A stretch of DNA of 64,000 nt from Bacteroidota bacterium. Lineage in GTDB: Bacteria > Bacteroidota > Bacteroidia > UKL13-3. This document shows, piece by piece, positions 29,281 to 39,069 of this stretch; the stretch's first letter is position 1; the number at the start of each line of letters is the position of its first letter. A program made the translations under genes and the position numbers. Location: positions 2,544 to 66,543 of the forward strand of contig CANLPK010000003.1 in assembly GCA_947492885.1 (NCBI GenBank), written 5' to 3'. Below the pieces are notes generated by a model. The model was not told where the DNA came from and did no database searches. It saw nothing but the letters and a program-made list of their open reading frames with translations.

Positions 29281-30345
29281 TTAGCTAGTGAATTTGTTTT
29301 TTTGCAAACTTGAAAATGTGCGTTGCTTCTTCACAAAATAATCCCACACAATACTGCCATCATAAACCTCGGGTAATAAATTTTTCCGCTGATGATGATA
29401 GCGTTTTTTGCGCCACATATTGATGTTCCATAAGAAGTTACGATGCGCTTTGCCAATGGCTTTGAAGTCATCCTTCTTCCCATCTGCCAAAAACTTAAAG
29501 GCGGCAATTTGATCCAAAAATATTCGTAGCGGAATTTTATACCATACCATTTGTATGGGTAAGTTTTTCAGAAGCAATCCTAAGCCATTACGAAAATTCA
29601 AATAGGTCTTTTTTGAATTTTGTTGCGATAGGGTGCCACCTCCAACATGAAAAACCACCGATTCGGGACATACCATAATTTGATATCCAAATTGTTGCAT
29701 TCGCCAACACAAATCAATCTCTTCCATATGCGCGAAAAAGTCTTCATCTAGCTTTCCTACTTTATGAAAGGCTTCGGCCCTAACAAAGAGGCAGGCGCCT
29801 GTTGCCCAAAAACATCTGCGGGTTTCATTGTATTGTGCATTGTCATTTTCACACGAATCAAAAATTCGCCCTCTACAAAAAGGATAGCCAAATCGATCAA
29901 TGAATCCTCCAGAAGCGCCTGCATACTCAAATCTTGTTTTCTCATAATAGCTCAATAGCTTGGGCTGACAAGCAGCAATGCTTTCGTCAGCATCCATGAG
30001 TTTCTGAATCGGCGCAATCCAATTTTCAGTCACCGCTACATCACTATTAAGCAACACAAAATAATCTTCTTTTAATTCTTTCAATGCATCGTTATATCCA
30101 CCGGCATAGCCCCCATTTCGCTGGTTCTGTATGATTTTTACTGAAGGGAATTGCGATTTAATGAGTTCAATTGAATCATCGGTAGAAGCGTTGTCGGCCA
30201 CATACACATTGGCTCCGGCACTGTATTGCACCACCGAAGGTAAAAACTGCTGCAAGAGTGCATGCCCGTTCCAATTTAGGATAACTACTGCTACGTTACT
30301 TTTCATGAAGGGTTGCGAATTTAATACTCTTTTTGTGTAAACCAT
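29281..30345 (-). CDS. Family 2 glycosyltransferase
   Basis: VAVVILNWNG..DNASTDDS..GYAGGYN..LLNSD (DxD-like)..EEIDLCWR. A likelier start is MKSNVAVV at 30306. Confidence 0.8.
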   Translation of the reverse strand: MVYTKRVLNSQPFMKSNVAVVILNWNGHALLQQFLPSVVQYSAGANVYVADNASTDDSIELIKSQFPSVKIIQNQRNGGYAGGYNDALKELKEDYFVLLNSDVAVTENWIAPIQKLMDADESIAACQPKLLSYYEKTRFEYAGASGGFIDRFGYPFCRGRIFDSCENDNAQYNETRRCFWATGACLFVRAEAFHKVGKLDEDFFAHMEEIDLCWRMQQFGYQIMVCPESVVFHVGGGTLSQQNSKKTYLNFRNGLGLLLKNLPIQMVWYKIPLRIFLDQIAAFKFLADGKKDDFKAIGKAHRNFLWNINMWRKKRYHHQRKNLLPEVYDGSIVWDYFVKKQRTFSSLQKNKFTS

Positions 30346-30382
30346 GCTGCACTGCCCATCAGAGCAAGTTTTTAGCTAGCGC

Positions 30383-30390
30383 TATATTTG
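30383..30390 (+). promoter_or_regulatory. Candidate -7 box TATATTTG (TAnnTTTG) upstream of the acetyltransferase gene
   Basis: Motif 39 nt upstream of the ATG at 30429; a second match TAAATTTG lies at 30393-30400. Confidence 0.3.
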
Positions 30391-30428
30391 AATAAATTTG
30401 TATTCTTGTAATTCCTAATCACCAAACT

Positions 30429-30998
30429 ATGAGTGTGTTTATTCACGAATCCTCTTTTGTAGATGCCCCAAGTACTATTGGGGAGGGTACTAAAATATGG
30501 CATTTCAGCCATATCATGCCCCATTGCACCATTGGTATGGATTGTAATATTGGTCAGAATGTGGTGGTAAGCCCCGAAGTGAAACTTGGCAATAGGGTGA
30601 AGGTCCAAAATAATGTGAGTATCTACACTGGCGTTATATGTGAAGATGACGTATTTCTCGGTCCTTCCATGGTTTTTACCAATGTGATGAACCCTAGAAG
30701 TGAAGTGAACCGAAAAAATGAATTTTTAACTACCCTAGTAAAAAAAGGAGCCACCATTGGTGCCAATGCCACCATCGTGTGTGGTATTACCATTGGCGAA
30801 TATGCATTTATTGGAGCAGGGGCCGTTGTTACACGCAATATCCCAGCCTTCGCACTCGTAATGGGCAACCCAGCCCGCCATTCAGGATGGATGAGTGCTC
30901 AAGGTGCCAAGCTAATTTTTGAAGCCAATGGCGATGCCACTTGTGCTATAAGTGGAGAGAAATACCACCTTGAGAACGGCACTGTGCAAAGGTGCTAG
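30429..30998 (+). CDS. Left-handed beta-helix (hexapeptide) sugar N-acetyltransferase, WbpD/WlbB-like
   Basis: IHESSFVDAPSTIGEGTKIWHFSHIM..CNIGQNVVVSPEVKLGNRVKVQNNVSIY..VFLGPSMVFTNVMNPRS hexapeptide periodicity. Confidence 0.75.
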   Translation: MSVFIHESSFVDAPSTIGEGTKIWHFSHIMPHCTIGMDCNIGQNVVVSPEVKLGNRVKVQNNVSIYTGVICEDDVFLGPSMVFTNVMNPRSEVNRKNEFLTTLVKKGATIGANATIVCGITIGEYAFIGAGAVVTRNIPAFALVMGNPARHSGWMSAQGAKLIFEANGDATCAISGEKYHLENGTVQRC

Positions 30999-31062
30999 TG
31001 GCTTATTCGCGGAGTTTCCAGGAATCATTCAACTTATTTTTCATTATATGCTATTTTCTTCC

Positions 31063-31070
31063 TACTTTTG
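31063..31070 (+). promoter_or_regulatory. Candidate -7 box TACTTTTG for tRNA-Leu
   Basis: TAnnTTTG match ending 15 nt before the tRNA 5' end. Confidence 0.35.
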
Positions 31071-31085
31071 CGCCCTCAAAAAAAT

Positions 31086-31167
31086 GCGCATGTGGCGTAA
31101 TTGGTAGCCGTGCCAGACTTAGGATCTGGTGCCGTAAGGCGTGGGGGTTCGAGTCCCTCCATGCGCA
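31086..31167 (+). tRNA. tRNA-Leu (anticodon TAG), class II with long variable arm
   Basis: Folded by hand. Acceptor GCGCATG/CATGCGC + discriminator A. Anticodon stem CCAGA/TCTGG with loop CT-TAG-GA. Variable arm TGCCGTAAGGCGT. T arm GGGGG-TTCGAGT-CCCTC. No encoded CCA. Confidence 0.9.
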
Positions 31168-31173
31168 CATTGA

Positions 31174-31207
31174 AAAAAGAGACGCAATTATGGCGTCTCT
31201 TTTTTTG
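31174..31207 (+). terminator. Rho-independent terminator after tRNA-Leu
   Basis: Stem GAGACGC (31179-31185) / GCGTCTC (31193-31199), 7-nt loop, then a T-run at 31200-31206. Preceded by an A-run, so potentially bidirectional. Confidence 0.7.
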
Positions 31208-31256
31208 ATAACTGAGGCGAACTAAGTAAACCGCATTCTTTAAAAAAATCAGCATC

Positions 31257-32663
31257 ATGAATATCCAACACGAAATAAAAGATGGCAACCTAGCTATCAT
31301 TACCCTTAAACTTGATAAGGCAGAGGTGGAAACCCGCTACCAAAAAGAAATTAAAGATGTAGCGAAGAAATCAAACATGCCAGGATTTCGCCCAGGATTC
31401 GCCCCAAAATCTATCATCGAACAAAAATACGGAGCAGCAGTTCGCTACGACGCATTGAATAATATGGTGAATGATGGCTTGAGCGATTATATTGTAACTC
31501 AAAAATTCATGTACTACGGTATGCCAATGAGTGTTACCGATGCCGAACAAAAGCCTACAGGTGAAACCCTTGACTTTACTTTTGAATTGGGTTTACGTCC
31601 AGAGCTTACTTTAAATATCAATGCAAGCAATACTTTCAATAAGTTTAAAGTGAGTGTTGATGAAAAAGAAATTGATAATGAATTGGAATTAATTCAACGC
31701 CGTCATGGTGCTTTGGGTGATGCCGATGCGGTAGAAAGTACCGATATGATGAATGGTGATTTCGTTGAGTCTAACGATGATGGATCGGCTTTCGAAGGTG
31801 GTGTGAATACTACTGAGAAAAGCATCTTGTTCTCATCAATCAAAGACGAAGCAGAGAAAGCAAAATTCTTAGGTAAGAAAGTGGGTGATGTAGTATTGTT
31901 CGACATCTTCAAAACATTCAATAACGATGCAACCGAAATCTCACAGATATTCGGAATCGCTAAAGAAGCCGCCAACGACCTAAATCATACATTCTCTTTC
32001 ACAATTAAAAAAATCCAACGTTTAATTCCTGCCGAATTAAACGACGACTTACTTTCTAAATACAATAACGAAGAAAGAGAAGTGAAAACTGTTGACGATT
32101 TGAGAGGCGTGATTCGTAAAGAAATTGAAGAATATTATGCATCTCAAGCGGAAGGCATGATGGAAGATGATATCATCAAAGGATTGGTTAAATCACATCA
32201 AATTAAATTGCCAGATGCATTCTTATTGCGTTGGATTAAACAACAAAACAAAGAGAAAAGCGAGCACGAAATCGAACACGATTACCTTCACGAAAAAGAA
32301 TTTTTGAAATGGAGTATCATCCGTGATATGGTTTTCGAAGAACAAAATTTTGATTTAACAGCTGAAGAAGTAGAAAATCAATACCAAATTTTGTTAGCCA
32401 ACTATATGCACCGCTACGGTTACGATCCTCGTAATGAAGGAATTCGTTCAGAATTTGAAAACAAATATTTCAAACGCGAAGATCAACAAGAAAGTATGAT
32501 CAATATGATTCGTACATCTAAATCACTAGGTTATATTAAATCACTCATTACAGTTAACGAAGTGCCAATTGATAGCAAAGCATTTGACGGAGAGAAACTA
32601 GAACGTAGCAAACATGAGCACGACCATGGCGATGATCTCGACCATGAGCATTCTCATGCCTAA
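31257..32663 (+). CDS. tig: Trigger factor with His/Asp-rich C-terminal tail
   Basis: MNIQHEIKDGNLAIITLKL..KKSNMPGFRPGFAPKSIIEQKYG (ribosome-binding signature region); upstream of clpP-clpX as in many bacteria; ends HEHDHGDDLDHEHSHA. Confidence 0.85.
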   Translation: MNIQHEIKDGNLAIITLKLDKAEVETRYQKEIKDVAKKSNMPGFRPGFAPKSIIEQKYGAAVRYDALNNMVNDGLSDYIVTQKFMYYGMPMSVTDAEQKPTGETLDFTFELGLRPELTLNINASNTFNKFKVSVDEKEIDNELELIQRRHGALGDADAVESTDMMNGDFVESNDDGSAFEGGVNTTEKSILFSSIKDEAEKAKFLGKKVGDVVLFDIFKTFNNDATEISQIFGIAKEAANDLNHTFSFTIKKIQRLIPAELNDDLLSKYNNEEREVKTVDDLRGVIRKEIEEYYASQAEGMMEDDIIKGLVKSHQIKLPDAFLLRWIKQQNKEKSEHEIEHDYLHEKEFLKWSIIRDMVFEEQNFDLTAEEVENQYQILLANYMHRYGYDPRNEGIRSEFENKYFKREDQQESMINMIRTSKSLGYIKSLITVNEVPIDSKAFDGEKLERSKHEHDHGDDLDHEHSHA

Positions 32664-32839
32664 GTTTTGATTGGTTTTCCTACAACGAGCTTTCCTTACG
32701 AATCCGAGATTCTGTCACTGAGTTGAGAATAATCTTAATAATGTCAGCCATTTCTTGCCGTATTGTCGTATAAATTTCATTTATTCGCTTTCGCACGGGA
32801 TTTGAATCCCCTAAATAACATTTAAAAAATTAAACTAAT

Positions 32840-33541
32840 ATGACATTTAATACGGAATTCGAAAAATATGCTGTAAAGCATCACGGTATTAGCAGCCTTA
32901 CGCTGCACAATTACAAATCGGTGATGGGAAATGTAGAAGGAATGACCCGAAGTATCATCGAAGAACGCCCTCAGCCGTTTCGTGAGATTGACGTATTCTC
33001 TCGACTCATGGCCGATCGTATCATTTTCATGGGTACTCCTATCGACGATTATATTGCCAATGTAGTGCAAGCCCAATTACTTTTCTTGGAAAGTGCCGAC
33101 GCTAAGCGTGATATCCAAATGTATATCAATAGCCCTGGAGGTAGTGTACATGCAGGTTTAGGGATTTATGATACCATGCAATATATCAACCCCGATGTAG
33201 CTACTATTTGTACAGGTATGGCAGCAAGTATGGGAGCTGTATTAATGTGTGCTGGAGTAAAAGGAAAACGTACTGCCTTGAAACATGCTCGTATCATGAT
33301 TCATCAGCCTATGGGTGGAATGCAAGGACAAGCTTCTGATATGGAAATTTCATTCAAACAAATTTCTATCTTGAAGAAAGAATTGTATGATATTATCGCT
33401 AAACATAGCGGGAAAGATTATGAAACTGTTTCTAAAGATAGCGATCGCGATTATTGGATGACTGCCGCTGAAGCAAAAGAGTACGGAATGGTGGATGAGA
33501 TTTTATTGAAAAGTAAAAACGAGAAAAAGAACTTATTATAA
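32840..33541 (+). CDS. clpP: ATP-dependent Clp protease proteolytic subunit
   Basis: RIIFMGTPIDD..INSPGGSV..GMAASMGA (Ser)..IMIHQP (His)..DSDRDYWM (Asp). Confidence 0.9.
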   Translation: MTFNTEFEKYAVKHHGISSLTLHNYKSVMGNVEGMTRSIIEERPQPFREIDVFSRLMADRIIFMGTPIDDYIANVVQAQLLFLESADAKRDIQMYINSPGGSVHAGLGIYDTMQYINPDVATICTGMAASMGAVLMCAGVKGKRTALKHARIMIHQPMGGMQGQASDMEISFKQISILKKELYDIIAKHSGKDYETVSKDSDRDYWMTAAEAKEYGMVDEILLKSKNEKKNLL

Positions 33542-33559
33542 TTACAAACTTCTATATTT

Positions 33560-33601
33560 GAACAGCCTCACCCTAACTAAAAGGAGAGGCTGTTCTTATT
33601 T
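33560..33601 (+). terminator. Hairpin + T-rich tract between clpP and clpX (weak terminator/attenuator)
   Basis: GAACAGCCTC (33560-33569) pairs with GAGGCTGTTC (33586-33595), 16-nt loop, followed by ttatttt. Confidence 0.4.
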
Positions 33602-33610
33602 TCTACAGAT

Positions 33611-34861
33611 ATGAAAGGTAAAACAACAAAAGAAATCACCTGCTCCTTTTGCGGCCGCCCGCAAAGCGAAACAGGCATGCTGATTAGCGGAGAAAATGCC
33701 AATATCTGCGACTCCTGTGTTTCTCAGGCCAACGAAATGTTGGGTCCTGATGGCATCAAAGGGAAAAAGAAAACTGGAGTGAATGAAGCTTTAAAAGCTA
33801 AGAAAACGCCCACACCTGCCGAATTAAAAACCCATCTCGATGACTATGTAATAGGTCAGGAGGAAGCTAAAAAAGTACTCAGTGTTTCGGTATACAATCA
33901 CTACAAGCGTATTTTGCAAGGAAGTGATGATGACGGAATTGAAATTGAAAAATCAAATATCATCATGGTGGGCGAAACAGGTACTGGAAAAACTTTATTG
34001 GCCAAAACAATTGCAAAGTTTTTGAATGTGCCTTTCTGTATCGCCGATGCAACAGTGCTTACCGAAGCAGGTTACGTGGGTGAAGATGTGGAAACAATCA
34101 TCACCCGATTGCTGCAAAATGCAGATTACAATGTGGAAGCAGCAGAAATGGGCATCGTGTTTATCGATGAAATAGATAAAATTGCCCGCAAAAGCGATAA
34201 CCCATCTATTACGCGTGATGTAAGTGGAGAAGGTGTTCAACAAGGATTGCTTAAATTATTAGAAGGAACCATTGCCAATATTCCTCCCCAAGGCGGACGA
34301 AAACATCCGGATCAGAAATACATTCAAGTAAACACACAAAATATCCTCTTCATCTGCGGAGGCGCATTCGAAGGTATCGAACGCAATATTGCCAACCGTA
34401 TGCAAGCGCAAACAATTGGCTTTAGAAACGATACTCAGGAAGCTCAGTTTGATGAATCACAGCCCTTACAATATATCTCGCCCGCCGATTTAAAATCGTT
34501 TGGCTTGATACCCGAAATCATTGGCCGATTGCCAGTAATAACCTATCTGAATCCATTGGATGCACCAGCCCTAAAATTGATTCTTACGAAGCCTAAAAAT
34601 GCTTTGATGAAACAATATAAGAAGCTGTTTAAAATCGATGATATCAAATTGGAAATTCATCCGGAAGTAATCGACTTTATTGTAAGTAAGGCGGTTGAAT
34701 ATAAATTGGGAGCCCGTGGATTACGCACCATCTGCGAAGCCATCATGCTCGATTATATGTTTGATGCCCCCGATCATAAAGGCGAATCGATTGAGATAAG
34801 TTTCGATTATGCAAAATCAAAAATTGAGAAATTGAATTTCAAAGCGCTGAATGCCGCTTGA
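33611..34861 (+). CDS. clpX: ATP-dependent Clp protease ATP-binding subunit ClpX
   Basis: Zinc finger [12 protein letters not shown], Walker [12 protein letters not shown], Walker B FIDEIDK, GARGLR. Confidence 0.92.
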   Translation: MKGKTTKEITCSFCGRPQSETGMLISGENANICDSCVSQANEMLGPDGIKGKKKTGVNEALKAKKTPTPAELKTHLDDYVIGQEEAKKVLSVSVYNHYKRILQGSDDDGIEIEKSNIIMVGETGTGKTLLAKTIAKFLNVPFCIADATVLTEAGYVGEDVETIITRLLQNADYNVEAAEMGIVFIDEIDKIARKSDNPSITRDVSGEGVQQGLLKLLEGTIANIPPQGGRKHPDQKYIQVNTQNILFICGGAFEGIERNIANRMQAQTIGFRNDTQEAQFDESQPLQYISPADLKSFGLIPEIIGRLPVITYLNPLDAPALKLILTKPKNALMKQYKKLFKIDDIKLEIHPEVIDFIVSKAVEYKLGARGLRTICEAIMLDYMFDAPDHKGESIEISFDYAKSKIEKLNFKALNAA

Positions 34862-34900
34862 TTTAGATACTAATTAATACGTTTCGTAAAATCGTTCATC

Positions 34901-35761
34901 GTGTCAACACTCACCAACCTTCAGGCCATTGATGCATACACCAGCGATCAATACATATCATCGCAAAATCATTTACGCGAATTGTGGTTCATGTGTCATG
35001 CCCAAGGATTTAGTTATGCGATTTTCGATGGATATCAAAAGCAAGTATTAAGCTACCATAGTTTTGAAGTTGCCGACTTTTTTATTATCAGCCCCGATAC
35101 ATTAAGAGGGTTACTTAATAATATAGATGTTTTCTTAAATGATTTCAAAAGTGTAAAAATTATTTTTGAAAACCCATTTTACACCTTACTTCCTGCCGCT
35201 TTGTTTGAAGAAGAAGAAGCTGCAACCTATTATCAATTGAAGTATGAATTGCAAGACGGAATGCAATTGCTGAATCATCGCATTCCCGATTTCGGAGCTC
35301 AAATAGTATATGCTGTGCCTCAATTCATGCTGAATGAGTTACTTAGTAAATTTACTGATAGCTCCATTCGCGAGCGCGTTAAAATATTCCATCATGCACA
35401 AGCACTTCTCTCGTCGCTCTATTATCAAACTGCACACTTAAACAAAGAAGTATGCTATCTTAATTTGGGTGAAAAAAGTTTTGATGTGGTAATGATAAAA
35501 AACAGCAACCTGCATTTTTGTAATAGCTACCCTTATCATAACCCAGAGGATGTACTTTATTTTGTAATGCATACCTACCAAAGCCATCAATTGAAACCCG
35601 AAATTTGTGAGTGCTGTTTTAGTGGTAGCAACCCACAGGAAAGCAAGATAAAAGAACTCGTAAATACGTATATCAAAAACACGCACGATGTTATATTGAG
35701 TCAAATTCCTGCCAGTGTGCAACATTCATCCACCCTCTTTTTATTACAACATTGCGTATAA
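34901..35761 (+). CDS. DUF3822-like protein
   Basis: GTG start. No enzymatic motif. Its position immediately upstream of and overlapping rsmD-coaD matches the usual Bacteroidota DUF3822 context (from memory). Confidence 0.5.
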   Translation: MSTLTNLQAIDAYTSDQYISSQNHLRELWFMCHAQGFSYAIFDGYQKQVLSYHSFEVADFFIISPDTLRGLLNNIDVFLNDFKSVKIIFENPFYTLLPAALFEEEEAATYYQLKYELQDGMQLLNHRIPDFGAQIVYAVPQFMLNELLSKFTDSSIRERVKIFHHAQALLSSLYYQTAHLNKEVCYLNLGEKSFDVVMIKNSNLHFCNSYPYHNPEDVLYFVMHTYQSHQLKPEICECCFSGSNPQESKIKELVNTYIKNTHDVILSQIPASVQHSSTLFLLQHCV

Positions 35762-36297
35762 TTTCTGGACAGCGAAAAGGACTAATCATGAGTGTGCCTC
35801 ATGGCTTACCCGTAAGGCCCACCACCGACCGGGCAAGAGAGAGTATCTTTAATATTTTAGAAACCCGACTTGATTTAAACGACTTAAATATACTCGATCT
35901 GTTCAGCGGAACCGGTAGTATGGCATTTGAGTTTGCTTCCCGTGGTGCTGCTAGTGTATGCTGCGTAGATGCCGATCATCGCTGTATCAAACACCTTAAA
36001 GATACGCAAACAAAATTCGAGTTCGAAAATATTGATATCATTAAAAGTGATGTGTTCAAATATTTGAAGCATCGCGATATGGGTTACGACTTAATCTTCG
36101 CCGACCCTCCATACGACCTCCCGAATATTGAGTCAATCGCCGAATTGGTATTCGGAAATGGATTTTTGAATGCGAATGGATTGCTTATTGTGGAACACCA
36201 CAGTAAAACAATTTTGCCAAAAAATGAATTTTATTTAGAAGAAAGAGTTTACGGACAATCGTCGTTTACATTTTATAAGGCACCACCGCTATCATAA
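35752..36297 (+). CDS. rsmD: 16S rRNA (guanine966-N2)-methyltransferase
   Basis: TTG start; RIISGQRKG..VRPTTDRARESIFNIL..LDLFSGTGSMAFE..FADPPY. Confidence 0.85.
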   Translation: MRIISGQRKGLIMSVPHGLPVRPTTDRARESIFNILETRLDLNDLNILDLFSGTGSMAFEFASRGAASVCCVDADHRCIKHLKDTQTKFEFENIDIIKSDVFKYLKHRDMGYDLIFADPPYDLPNIESIAELVFGNGFLNANGLLIVEHHSKTILPKNEFYLEERVYGQSSFTFYKAPPLS

Positions 36298-36342
36298 TCA
36301 GTTTTGGTGATGCAAACAAAAAGTTAGAACTTCGTAACATAT

Positions 36343-36804
36343 ATGAGAATTGCATTATTCCCGGGATCATTCGACCCCATCACCATTGGACACTTCGATA
36401 TTTTACAACGTGCCAAAACCATGTTTGATAGAATATATGTTGGCATCGGAAAAAATTCATCGAAACAATGCATGTTCACAATAGAAGAGCGTATGGCTTT
36501 TTTGCATACTTGTTTCGAAGGAGATGCTCAAATATCTATCACTCAATATGAAGGGCTCACAGTGAATTATTGTAAACAAATTGAAGCACAATTTATTTTA
36601 CGTGGTTTGAGAAGTGACACTGATTTCGAATACGAAAAAAATATTGCGCAAATAAATAAGGAAGTGGTACCTGAAGTTGAAACATTGTTTATGGTTTGCT
36701 CACCTGCCTATTCAGCAGTAAGCTCAACCATCGTAAAAGATATCAAGCGCAATGGAGGCGATATTAGTCGGTATATACCGAAGCCACTTATAGGAATTAT
36801 TTAA
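36343..36804 (+). CDS. coaD: Pantetheine-phosphate adenylyltransferase
   Basis: MRIALFPGSFDPITIGHFDIL..ILRGLR..SSTIVKD. Confidence 0.9.
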   Translation: MRIALFPGSFDPITIGHFDILQRAKTMFDRIYVGIGKNSSKQCMFTIEERMAFLHTCFEGDAQISITQYEGLTVNYCKQIEAQFILRGLRSDTDFEYEKNIAQINKEVVPEVETLFMVCSPAYSAVSSTIVKDIKRNGGDISRYIPKPLIGII

Positions 36805-36807
36805 TTC

Positions 36808-37581
36808 TTAGAATCGGAATCCCAAACAAAGCCCTACTCTGAAACCATTTGTCTTGCCATTGTATTCTAACTTGGCATGCGTATCACTGTCAAAGGTAAC
36901 AGTAGCATTTCCATACTTAAAATTATCGTCAATAAATTGAACCACCCCTTGTTTATCAACCTTTGTAAAATCGGAGGTAGCGTCAAAGCTTGCTTTCGAA
37001 GAACCAAATTGAACCCCGCCCAACCAAAAGTCAACAACCAGTCGTTTTAAAAATGATTTTTGATAACCTACCATGACTCCAGGTCTTACACTATTTAAAT
37101 TGCCTGTGAATAATACAGGAATATCAACGTTATTGCTGTCTTTGTAGGTGAAAGTGGCATGTAATTTTGAAGTTGTAAAGCGATAGTAAGGTGCCAAATA
37201 AAATCCATTCGGTGCTCCTTTTCTGCTTATGTAAATTCTTAATTCGGGGGTTATATAGGTGTTTCCGGTAGTAGTTAATTCCGTAAGCGCGAATTTTGCT
37301 CTTGCAGCATTTAGTCTGGCATTACTTACGGTATCGAGTATCCTATTGATATACGTTCCCAATCGTAATTCTGAGTTATATCCTACTTGAAGGCATAACG
37401 ATAAATTGCGCATAATACTATGTTCGTATTGGAATGAATATGTTTTGAATGCTATTGGAATAAGATTCATCTTAACTACATTTTTCGGATTGCCTTTCAT
37501 TAATTTTAATGCTTGTGGAGGCGTTGCATTTGTGAGTGTCAATAAACTCAACATAAAGCAAAGGGTGATGAATATTTTCAT
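36808..37581 (-). CDS. Outer-membrane beta-barrel protein, paralogue 3 of 3
   Basis: Signal peptide; alternating beta-strand pattern; ITPELRIYISRKGAPNGFYLAPYYRF; C-terminal GLCLGFRF (terminal Phe). Confidence 0.7.
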   Translation of the reverse strand: MKIFITLCFMLSLLTLTNATPPQALKLMKGNPKNVVKMNLIPIAFKTYSFQYEHSIMRNLSLCLQVGYNSELRLGTYINRILDTVSNARLNAARAKFALTELTTTGNTYITPELRIYISRKGAPNGFYLAPYYRFTTSKLHATFTYKDSNNVDIPVLFTGNLNSVRPGVMVGYQKSFLKRLVVDFWLGGVQFGSSKASFDATSDFTKVDKQGVVQFIDDNFKYGNATVTFDSDTHAKLEYNGKTNGFRVGLCLGFRF

Positions 37582-37593
37582 GTCAGATTTAAA

Positions 37594-38319
37594 TTAAAAA
37601 GTATATCCTAAACAAAGTCCAGCCCGGGTGCCCACAAAGGTATAGCCAAAACCTACTTTAACATCACGATTCACAATATTTGAGGCCCAGTTTTTTACTA
37701 CCGGAATGTCACTTAAGGTACTTTGAAGATCTTGCAAAAATTGTGGTGCATCTACCAACTCAAAATCATTGCTTGCACTTAGTTTCAAGCGATTCATACC
37801 AGCATGCAAGCAGAGTAGCCAAGTTTCCAAATTAAAATGAGAACCTAATTGCCATTTATAGCCGGTAATAATGCCACCATTGGTAGCGCTGAATGCCCCT
37901 TTGAAAGTGAACAATACATTAAAATTTTCACCAGTATATTTCACATGCGACTGCACCGAATATTTTGAATAACGAAGATAACCACCAACAAAAAAACCTG
38001 CTGAAGCTTTCTTCGAAATGTAATATCGAAACTCTGGCGTTATTTGATATCCTCCATTAAAACGGAAATCGGAGAAAATTAATTCACGTGTTCCAAAGGT
38101 TTTCGATTTCCCATAGTATGGTTTAAAAAGATCGATAGGCAAGGTATACCCAGCTTCGAACAATAAACTTTTATGAGGCGTCAGTGAAAATTCATATTGA
38201 ATTGGAATGGACTTCACAATGGGTCCAAGCAGGTTCAATTTTATTGAATGTCGTGAATCTTGGGCCCATGTCAATCGACATCCCAGGATAAACAACAATG
38301 ATATAATTCGAAGTTTCAA
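37594..38319 (-). CDS. Outer-membrane beta-barrel protein, paralogue 2 of 3
   Basis: Signal peptide; ITPEFRYYISKKASAGFFVGGYLRYSKYS; C-terminal GLCLGYTF. Confidence 0.7.
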   Translation of the reverse strand: MKLRIISLLFILGCRLTWAQDSRHSIKLNLLGPIVKSIPIQYEFSLTPHKSLLFEAGYTLPIDLFKPYYGKSKTFGTRELIFSDFRFNGGYQITPEFRYYISKKASAGFFVGGYLRYSKYSVQSHVKYTGENFNVLFTFKGAFSATNGGIITGYKWQLGSHFNLETWLLCLHAGMNRLKLSASNDFELVDAPQFLQDLQSTLSDIPVVKNWASNIVNRDVKVGFGYTFVGTRAGLCLGYTF

Positions 38320-38331
38320 TGAAAAGTTATT

Positions 38332-39069
38332 TTAGAATCGAAATCCAAGACAAAGCCCACTGCGGAAACCAGGTGAAGGAAAACCAAATTTCAAACTGGC
38401 TTCAGTATTTGTCATTCCTGCAGTGAATCCTTTCACTAATGGAACATCTTGGAAGTTTGCTGTTGCATCGGCAATGTATTGGTTCTTATCAGTAGTGCTA
38501 AAATCACCACTAGCCGACATGCTAATTTTATTAGCGCCATATTGTAGTCCTAAAACCCACCAGTCGATAGTAAAGCTTTCACCAATATGCCACTGATTTC
38601 CCATAATGATTCCTACATTAGTTGAAGTCCATGCTCCTTTGAAATCGTAATACTTTAACGGAGAGAGATTATCATCTCTATGCAATGCAGTTGCCTCTAA
38701 ACTATAACGTGAGTAACGTAAATATGCTCCTAGATAAAACCCATCATTGCCTTCTCCTTTGAAATAATAACGATACTCAGGAGTGATTTGTATTCCTCCT
38801 TTAAACTTAGCACTCTGAACTTGGTTATAACTACCATTGGTGGCAATGGTATCGATCTGGAATAATGATCCAGGCATGCTGCGTGGCAAGGTGTATCCAA
38901 AGTGTAACAAAGCTGAAGAGTTTTCGTTCAAGGTACGTTCATATTGAAAGGAGAGGGTACGCATTCCCAAACCAAAAAAGTTGAACTTCACGGTGTTCGC
39001 CTTGTCGTCTTGTGCATTAATAGTTGTGAATGCAATTAAACCTAAGAGGAATAAAAAGGATTTTTTCAT
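38332..39069 (-). CDS. Outer-membrane beta-barrel protein, paralogue 1 of 3
   Basis: Signal peptide MKKSFLFLLGLIAFTTINAQ; ITPEYRYYFKGEGNDGFYLGAYLRYSRYS; C-terminal GLCLGFRF. Its start overlaps the upstream ORF stop by 4 nt. Confidence 0.7.
   Translation of the reverse strand: MKKSFLFLLGLIAFTTINAQDDKANTVKFNFFGLGMRTLSFQYERTLNENSSALLHFGYTLPRSMPGSLFQIDTIATNGSYNQVQSAKFKGGIQITPEYRYYFKGEGNDGFYLGAYLRYSRYSLEATALHRDDNLSPLKYYDFKGAWTSTNVGIIMGNQWHIGESFTIDWWVLGLQYGANKISMSASGDFSTTDKNQYIADATANFQDVPLVKGFTAGMTNTEASLKFGFPSPGFRSGLCLGFRF

Noticed and set aside
31086-31167. tRNA-Leu as an integration hotspot for a genomic island
   Set aside because: No integrase, excisionase or phage/ICE genes lie on either side, and I did not notice a direct repeat of the tRNA 3' half nearby. 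The flanks are housekeeping (an acetyltransferase gene on one side, tig-clpPX on the other). An exhaustive repeat search was not possible by eye.
32797-32810. GGGATTTGAATCCC palindrome upstream of clpP as a heat-shock operator
   Set aside because: It is only 6-bp arms with a 2-nt centre, does not resemble CIRCE as I recall it, and I saw no second copy upstream of clpB or clpX.
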